From NCBI GenBank assembly GCA_964035545.1, contig OZ037772.1, positions 7,734,889 through 7,798,888 of the forward strand: a stretch of DNA of 64,000 nucleotides, in the 5' to 3' direction. Made by a program: the position numbers and the translations under genes. How positions within the stretch are numbered: position 1 is the first letter of the stretch; each line of letters starts with the position of its first letter. The notes under the pieces are model-generated. The model was not told where the DNA came from, did no database searches, and was given only the letters and a program-made list of their open reading frames with translations. The DNA is from Bugula neritina. Lineage: Eukaryota; Animalia; Bryozoa. Of the stretch, positions 55,747 through 64,000 are shown in pieces.

Positions 55747-58700
55747 TCAGTCTGCAAAAGAGTGTACTTCAGATTTTGAATCAGATGCTACAGGCAACTT
55801 TAACTCCAGGCTGTCTTTTTGCATAAAAATTCCATCTTTCAGTTTATTTATGTCAGCTGGTGTCAGAGAAGTTCTGGGATACTTGTGATCTTGAGATGTT
55901 CTTGTTTTGGACTTTTTGGAGCTTTTTTTATGGTTAGTTGTTTCTTTCTCAATGTTTTTCACTTTTTTACCCTTTGAACCGCTTTTCTTTTTGTGCACAT
56001 TGGTGTTAGAACTTTTCAAATCTGATTTTAATTTATATGATGAAGATAAATTTAAATATAGACCCTCTGCTTGCAATGAATTCTCACTTTTTGAAACAAT
56101 TTTTTCAGTTCCTTTTAGAGATTTTTTAGAATGTTCTTGCGGTATTTTTGTTGTTGAACTCTTGGACATTTTTACAAAGTTACGTAATTCGTTTTCAGCT
56201 TTTTTCACCTTTTTCTCTGTTGTAGTCCTAGACTTTATCCTTCTCCTTTCTAACAAAATCCCAAAGACAATTCAAACTTTATCTTAATATATGCATGCAT
56301 TGAATTTAAAAAATAAAAACTAGGTTGCTTTTACATAACCTTTTTTACATTGTATGTTTTCTAGCCTGAATACTTATAAAGTTGTTTGCTATTGCCTGAG
56401 GGTCAGTTAACTTGAGGGAACTTTTTTCAGAGCAACTAATTTGACAGACAGAAAACCTAAACAAACAATGTTAATTACGCTATATTATATAATACAAACA
56501 ATCAATAAATAAAACAAAGCATGTGCGTAGCAAATTTAAAGCTAGAAACATATGCTAGCTTCAGTATAGTAGGTAGGAGTTTCAACTTTTCACTTTTTTT
56601 AATTTCAAAATCAGTCTGCGAGCATGCTGAACAAAATTATTTTTTGCAAAAGTACTTGTCTATATCTACAGGTGACATAAAAATTGGTAAGCCTCAAGTT
56701 GTTGGAGTATAATGATATGCACTCCAAATAACAATTAGCAGCAATATAGTGCTGCTACTAGATTTATTTTGGATAGTTATAAAAAATGTATATGTGTTCA
56801 GTTATGGCTTAATTTAGGATTAAAGTTTAAAGCAACTTTATCAAAAATATATCTTACTTCTTTTCTTTTTGTATAGCAAAGCTAAGATCACCAGTAAAAC
56901 TGCTACTCCAAATCCCAGTGCGATGATTACAGTACCTAAAATTACATGAATTCCGGGAGAATTCTTTTTTGCTGGTTTGGTGATTGTTTTTGGAGAAGTC
57001 ACTCGAGGTTTCGAAGCTGTCGTTATTTGTGTCTTCGGTGTCTTTATTGAGGTCTTCAAAATTTTTGGTGAAACGATTTCCACATCAACTTTTTCTAGAA
57101 CAAATATTTTATATATGGTGCTTTGAGGTTGCCAATAAAAAATAACAAAGCAAATTCAAAAAATGTTTCAAAGCTTTTCCCTCTTACCCTTGCATGCTTA
57201 CTTTCATATAAAAGTTTATATATGTCATGATCAGCCATGATGTATAGGCCACTTCCATCTAAACTCTTGAGAATAGTTTTAGGTTGTGAAAGTTCACAAG
57301 ACTGAATTGAGCTTTGGATATCGCTCGATTTCTGGTTCATCTCTGACCCGCTACACATTGTTGATAGTGTTTGGCCTTTGTAATCCACCAGGTGAAGGAC
57401 ATTATTACCATAATCAGCAATCAGAATCCGGTCTTTGTTTAAAAAATACATATCTGTTGGACTATGAAGCTGAATTGTGTTGAACACTTTCAGTTGCTGA
57501 TCTGCATTCACAAGTAAGATTCCATTTCCATGTGCCACATAAAAGTCTCTTCTATAAAGGTCAAAGGCTAAACCAAATGCTTCAACACCAAGAGTATGTC
57601 GTGTAGAAACAATCCACAAATTCCCTCCTATCTCTAACTGGCGAATGGTTCTGTTTGTATTGTCATAGAATACAATTAGGCCAGGCTCATATTCAATTAG
57701 CTCTAAAGGCTTTCCTATAACTGCATCTACTATATCACCGTCAATAACTCCCACGACAGAACATTTACCGGCAATTTCACCTGAATAGCCCGTTAAAAGA
57801 TTAACATCCCGTATGCATCCATATGACTCGTCAGCAAGCCAGAAGGCGTTGGGATTACGTGCAGTGGTGAGAATCCCTGTGATGTTGCCAAACAGTGTCT
57901 CATCTGCATATCCTTTTACATACCCGCTTTGAAAAAATTTTCCTGTCACCGGAATAAAGTTTTCGAAATCTGCAGTAGTGAACAAAGCATACCCGTAGGC
58001 AACAATATATGCATTGGAGTTGTATGTGTCATATGTTATATATTTGAACCTGAGTTCAGAGTTACTTCTGTAAGAGTAATCCTTTGAAACACTTATCACC
58101 TTTGAGAAGTGATACGTGAAAGTAGTGTCTACAAGAAGAAAAATATTGAAAGAGTGAAATCCGATATTTACTTGAGTAAATAAGTTAGAAAAAGAACTAT
58201 AGTTTGAAGCATATGCCTAATCTTGAAGAAAACTAGATAGAGTTGCAACATTATTAAGAGTAAATCAGAACAACAGAAGTTATAAACAAGTGTAAATACA
58301 TTAAAACCATGTAAAGAGGTTAATTTTTTAGTTATCAGGGAAGTAAAATTATTGTTGAATGTATAGGTCTTCGTAACATAAACTAGAAGAAACCTTCCTT
58401 CTTTCTTGATAACATCAACTTACCAGTTAACTGCAGTAGGTAAACTGTACTATTTGTAAAAACATAGATGGACAAGTCATTTTTCATATAAAAGGCAGTT
58501 GGCTTTTTAATTCTGCACACATCTATGTCTCCAGCGAAAGTGTATATATTACCTCTCTGCGGTACACATATTGAAGAAATTGTGCTTTTAGCAATATTTA
58601 TTACTCGAATTACGCTATATCCTGTATCAGCTAAAAGAATCAAATTTTTGGTCAAGAAGATTATATTCTGAGGCTCAAATACAGCCGCTTGCTCCAATGT

Positions 58701-59500
58701 CCCATCATTGTGCCCTCCATTAGAGACTATTATCTCCTCTGGCTTTTGTGACCATGTACGATGCACTTTGAGTAATCCGGTATTTGTTGTGAGGTACATA
58801 TGCAAACCGTCAACATCAAACAAGATGCCGTTTGCCCTGACGTTAGATGTGTATACAGTATTCACACTCCATATGTCATTGATTATGCGCAAGGCTCTGA
58901 TTACCATGCGGTAATTTTCATGAAAGTAAACTTCAGTTGGGTTGGGAGATGTTGAAATTAGACCTATGGGCCAAGAGATCAGCGCATCACTAAACTTCTC
59001 ATCCGTGACATTGCAGGTCTGACATTGGCCGGCAAGTTCAGTGGTAATTTTAGTTTTGAGGTCAACTTCACGGATACAACAGTTGTTGTAATCTGCCACC
59101 CAAATGAAACTATTGTCTCGTGGTGATTCTATTATACCGGTTATCTTATTGAACCGAGCAAACTGCCCTTGATCTTCTAAGTATCCGTGCTCGACGTCGT
59201 TGCCAACAATCAACTCAAATGATTGCAGGTTGGTAGTTCTGTATATGCCCGACCCAGAAGCCACCAAATAAGCTCCAGCTACAAAACTGTCTTCAACCAT
59301 TAGTGAGATTGACTTGTCAGTTAGTTTTATCATTTTGTCAAATCTCAAGCTACAACGAATTGTTGAAGAGAGTTTTTAATACAGATTTTCACAAAAACAT
59401 GTCATAATGTGTAGTTATAATTGCTATAATTTACTAATGCAAGTTATTATTTTAGTGACCTACAACATGTTAATGAATTGCGCAAATATATATATATATG

Positions 59501-59532
<32 letters not shown>

Positions 59533-59638
59533 TACGTGCAAATGTGTGTGTGTATAAAAAAAAACTAACTCACTTGTTGTAAACTTTCTCATGGTCATGA
59601 ATTGCTACTCCACAAGCGCTTTGCAGCATAGCTAAAAC
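55747..59638 (-). CDS. Gene 9: double NHL-propeller type I membrane protein with a Lys/Ser-rich tail (first exon not resolved)
   Basis: Exons on the minus strand: 59638-59574 (65-nt signal exon), 59349-58424 (NHL-A), 58128-57202 (NHL-B, phase 1-1), 57094-56858 (T/K/P stalk + TM IHVILGTVIIALGFGVAVLLVILALLY-KKKR) and 56249-55747 (basic tail). No signal or TM exon lies between the two NHL exons. Confidence 0.8.
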
Positions 59639-61177
59639 CTTCAAAAAAGATAATAGACTTTCATTAGATATAGACAACTTGCAATAAAGCAAGAAAATAA
59701 AAATACCTCTAATTACTAGCACTTTTAAACCTTATTATTTAGAGTTTGTAGCTACAAATATTACCACAATTTTTGAGTTAGATTCAACTTATTTTTTCAA
59801 ACACTACCAGGGACCCATTGCTTGAACGCTGATTGATGAGTTGTAGTGAAACAATAAATTAAACATTAAATTTCCAACAAGCTTCTGTAGTTGAAAATTA
59901 GACATTTACCATTCAGGTAATTTTAAATGAGTAGAGATAATGTTTTAAGTATTAGCAAAAAACGACGTGCAACTTTATTTTTTAAACATGGAGTTGTAAC
60001 ACTTATAATAAAATCTTTCTGCTGCTTATAGCCCATTTTTTCTAGTTTAACAAGATTATTATTTTTTAAGAAATTTCCATAATTTACAAAATTATACATT
60101 TTAACAACTTCCTATTTAAATCATTTATTTATTCTTTGTATATCGGTTGCTTAAGCTGCAATACAAAAATAGTCTTATGTTCTAATAAAATTATTTTAAT
60201 TCAGCATAGACAAAAGTTGTGTCACACAAATTTTAGTCAATTGTAAATAAATGCTTTTCGTTCTTATAAAGATATCATTGCAAACTTACAAAATATGCTT
60301 TCTGTGTATAGCTACTGTAAATCGCCCCCTCGTGCATCATTATGAGTTTGCAATTTTATAAAAAAACATAAATGTAAATGAGTATTGGCTAGTATCCAAG
60401 AACTTAACATTTAAATAAGTTATGATTGTTGCATACTTGAAAAATGACTATGTATATGAAACTTATTTATTTTGTTACCACAAAATTTATATAAAAATCT
60501 CTCGTTAATTTTTTTTACAATAAACCATCACATAAATATTATACTTAATTTACTTTCAATAAGGTAGCATAAAATAGACTTAAAAGCAAGCTAAAAAGTT
60601 ACCAAGACTTTCATACTCAACTATTAACCAATCAATACATCAAGCAGAAACAATATTTTGGAATTTGCTTTTCTTTGAAGCACAATTTTGTCAATAAACA
60701 ACTTCTTTGTTCTAATCAACGTTTTAATTTGCACCATCAAATTTAAAAAAAGTTATAATTATCGCTTTGCATATAATTGCTTTGACAAAAAGCTCAATGA
60801 CTAAAAATCTGAATAATATATTTATTCAATGATGTCAATATATAATAATTATACACAATATTTGCATCATGCATTATTTTGACATTCAAAATTAAGAGAT
60901 GGATATTTTGAATTCAAAAAAAAGTATTTAGTTTGTCAATGTTGGCAAGATGTTGTGTTTTGTAAATATGCCCATCATGAAACAACAGCTCCGTCATGAG
61001 GGATTGAAATATTTTGTGTTATTCAATTTGATAGCAGATATATGTTGTTTGTGCGTCTCTTTCTGTTGGAACTTCTAATCTTTGGTGTGTGCCCTCTACA
61101 TTTGACCCGCAGCCACAGCTGCTCCATATTTGCAGGTGAAGTCTTGAGATGGTCACCTTATCAAACTCTCTTTTGTT

Positions 61178-64000
61178 TTATTTCTTACTCTTTTTGTGCT
61201 TCTTTTTCTTTTTTTTCTTTTTACCTTTAAAGTTTGCACAAAACCAAGGTTAACTATATGAGCATTCGTCATATACTTTCAAGCAGTTTAATATATGACT
61301 TGTTGGGGAGATAATAATAAATTGTTTGTGCTTCAACAACATACTTATAGGTTTACTTTAGCATCTCTTCACAGATTTGAGATCTGCCTAATTTCTCTTT
61401 ATATAAAATTTAGGAGAAGGAAAGAGCAATAAATTTGGAATACTTTTATAAAAAAAGAAACATAAATTACTTTTTGAGTTAGTTGTAGAAGCTCTGCTTG
61501 ATCCCTCGGAATATATGGCACTGGGTGACTCATCCGGTTTCTTGGAGCGGGAGTTGCTCCCTAATAGCAAACACAAAGCATAGCTTTAGACATGTGGTAC
61601 GAAAGATGAATTTTGAGTCGCAAAACTTTTAATAATAACTACAGTTTGCGTTTGCTATAATCTCTCATGATTATACCTCTGCTGGACAAAGTACCGAGTT
61701 TAGATTAATAATGCTTGTCCGGGTACCCCTTTATAGTGAAACTGAAACTCGTTGAAATCATATTGATGCGGTTGCTCACTTTTTAAAATTGAGATTTGAC
61801 TTCTATAATAGCTATTTGATGCCCTTTGTAAATGTCGTGAATTAGTGAAGTGGACAGCATAAAAGTGATAATTGAGAAGGCGTAGGCTATATAATTATAG
61901 CCATATAAGTACGCTGTCTAATCTCCAAAGTAATAACTAAATAACATTGTTCACAGGGAGTTATTACTCCTATTCTGAACACCGTCAATTAAGTTATCAC
62001 AGCACAAAAATGTTTACATGTGGCTTTTACAATGCAATGAAACTTGGAAAAATTTCAACCAGGTCAAATTGAATTTCTGATCAAAAATCATGAAGGTATA
62101 AAGGCAGCTTTATTGCTTATAATCTCTATGGCTACAGTCTTTATATTGCTACAGTTATTGATAACCGAATAACATTTGAAAATAGTTAAGCTCCAATCCT
62201 GTAGATCATTATCATAAGCTCGAAAGAACAATCAGTTTCATATTGCATAGGGTATAGTATAATTTTAAAAATAAATCTAAACAATATTTTGACTACTAGC
62301 CTAATTAAATTGAATGTTCAATAAAAAGACTGGTACATGTCAACAATAATCATTTTTGTTGAGAAATTTTTTGTTAACATTTTTTATGTAGGGTAGAGGG
62401 GGGTGTAAAGTAATAAATAGGAAAGCAGTTGAAAACGGTCTGTGACATCAGTTCTGCAATTTTAATAACTGAATTTCATGTATTATGTTCGAAAATTGCA
62501 CAATTATGTTAAAGAATAAAGCCAACTTACGTGATGTTTCATTTCTACTGCCACCACCGTGCTCACGACCGTGTCTTTGCATCTGATTATCTATAAATAA
62601 GTCATTATTTTTAGGCAATTGTATGCAATAGAAATATTTCCGTAAATCGTATGTTAAATATGCTTTGCGTTTCAGCCATATTATCTAAAATTTGTTTATA
62701 TATACATACACACGGACATATATTGTGCGTGTGCGTGTGTGTGTGTGTGCGTGTGTGCGTGTGCGTGTGCGTGTGTGCGTGTGTGCGTGTGTGCGTGTGT
62801 GCGTGTGTGCGTGTGTGCGCGTGTGCGCGTGTGCGCGTGTACGCGTGTGCGCGTGTGCGTGTGTGCGTGTGTGTGTGTGTTCAACTCACCCTCTTTTAAA
62901 AAGTTCTTCCTTCCAAGATAAACTAATGCAACCAGTACTATCAGTCCAGCCACAGCTCCTCCTCCAATCCCAATATATTTGATTAAACTATTTGGAGCAG
63001 CTTGCTCCAATGCGCTCTGGGATATATTTTGCGATACATCTACAAGAAAAGCATCTATTCTATCTGAACCCATTTTGCTATATATGATCACACAAGCATT
63101 TACGATGCTTATTTTATGAATTTTGTCTGTAATGCCTAATTAAGCACAAACTGTCAATAATAATATTATTATGTACTATCTTTAAATAATTAGCAGTCAA
63201 AAGTACATTAGTCATTCAATAACATTTTTTCAAATTTTAATTACAATGTTTCTAAAGTTTAGTAAAATTATTTGATCAATAAAATTTCTAACAGCGGTAA
63301 ATACAATTTTACTGGTTTCAGTGACTGTGAAAGAGATGTTGAAATAGAGAGAGTTTGGTAGGGTTATATGATAGCCAACCACAATCGTACCCTGATTGGA
63401 GGAATTTCCAGTAATCCCAGTTTCTTTCGTCAAGGTTACTGGAGCATTGCTTGTACTTGAAGTTTTATCTGAACAAATCAACAGAAAATTGTCCATTGAC
63501 TAATTTAAAGTGCAGCTGGTGATGATAACAGATAAAAATTTTAAGCAATTTGTATTTGTTTTCACTTTTTAGCTTAATCTGTTTGCATACAAACATTTCC
63601 AGCCGTTGTGAATATAATTTCGGTTCACCATCACAAATGCATAGCAGGCCATGCTTGGTGAGTAAATAGGGCTGTGTTTTCAAGCAAAATCAAAAATTTT
63701 AGTAGAAAAAATAGCTACAACAAGAACTCACCAAAATATTCCAAGCTGTAAATTTCAGAGTCCCCTAAAATGTATAACGTTGACGATTCATCTAATAGAA
63801 AGACCTGGTTAGGAAATCGTATTTTACAGTCTTTGGTGTCTCCTTCCATAACAGACACCTCACCTGTCTGTGGTTGACAAATAGTTGAGACTTCTGAGGT
63901 CAAAAGGTCAACCACTCTTATCACATGATTTGAATTGTCAGCTAACAGTAAGTTGTTCTCATCAAAGAAATAAAGACCAAGTGGCTTTCTAACCAGTGCA
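61178..64000 (-). CDS. Gene 10 (5'-partial): NHL-propeller membrane protein with a poly-Lys C-terminus
   Basis: Exons on the minus strand: >64000-63732 (end of NHL: [18 protein letters not shown]), 63468-63391, 63039-62890 ([23 protein letters not shown]), 62590-62531, 61560-61471 (contains SAIYSE), and a tentative last exon 61224-61178 ([14 protein letters not shown]). Confidence 0.72.
61671..62101. mobile_element. Dispersed ~430-bp repeat family C (short TIR TTATACCT/AGGTATAA); other copies at 1-231 and ~15777-16229
   Basis: 61871-62101 aligns with 1-231 and 15979-16229. 61671-61870 aligns with 15777-15978. Confidence 0.72.

Overview
AT-rich eukaryotic (metazoan-type) genomic DNA with spliceosomal introns. 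There are no prokaryotic features, and most short ORF-track entries are microsatellite artefacts. The window is a tandem cluster of 10 paralogous genes: 7 on +, then 3 on -, converging near 46-50 kb. I reconstructed them by hand from splice signals and reading phase. Their shared plan is a 21-nt start exon, a 62-65-nt signal-peptide exon, one ~930-nt exon encoding an NHL-repeat-like beta-propeller with four conserved Cys, a Thr/Ser-rich stalk plus transmembrane (TM) exon, and variable cytoplasmic exons. The ectodomains stay open and diverge in a patchwork way, while the C-termini differ sharply. Genes 6 and 7 have tandem-Tyr tails, and genes 3 and 5 have truncated tails. Genes 2 and 4 have independently broken TM anchors. 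Gene 1 has a tail built from a repeated cassette exon, genes 8-10 have Lys-rich tails, and gene 9 carries two propellers. This resembles a diversified cell-surface recognition receptor complex built on an NHL propeller rather than Ig or LRR domains; the function is inferred only. Also present are an inverted Penelope-like retroelement with two hammerhead ribozymes, a second hammerhead-bearing mini-element in (TA)n tracts, a near-identical 3.4-kb tandem duplication, MITEs, tRNA-derived SINE remnants and a conserved stop-start uORF.
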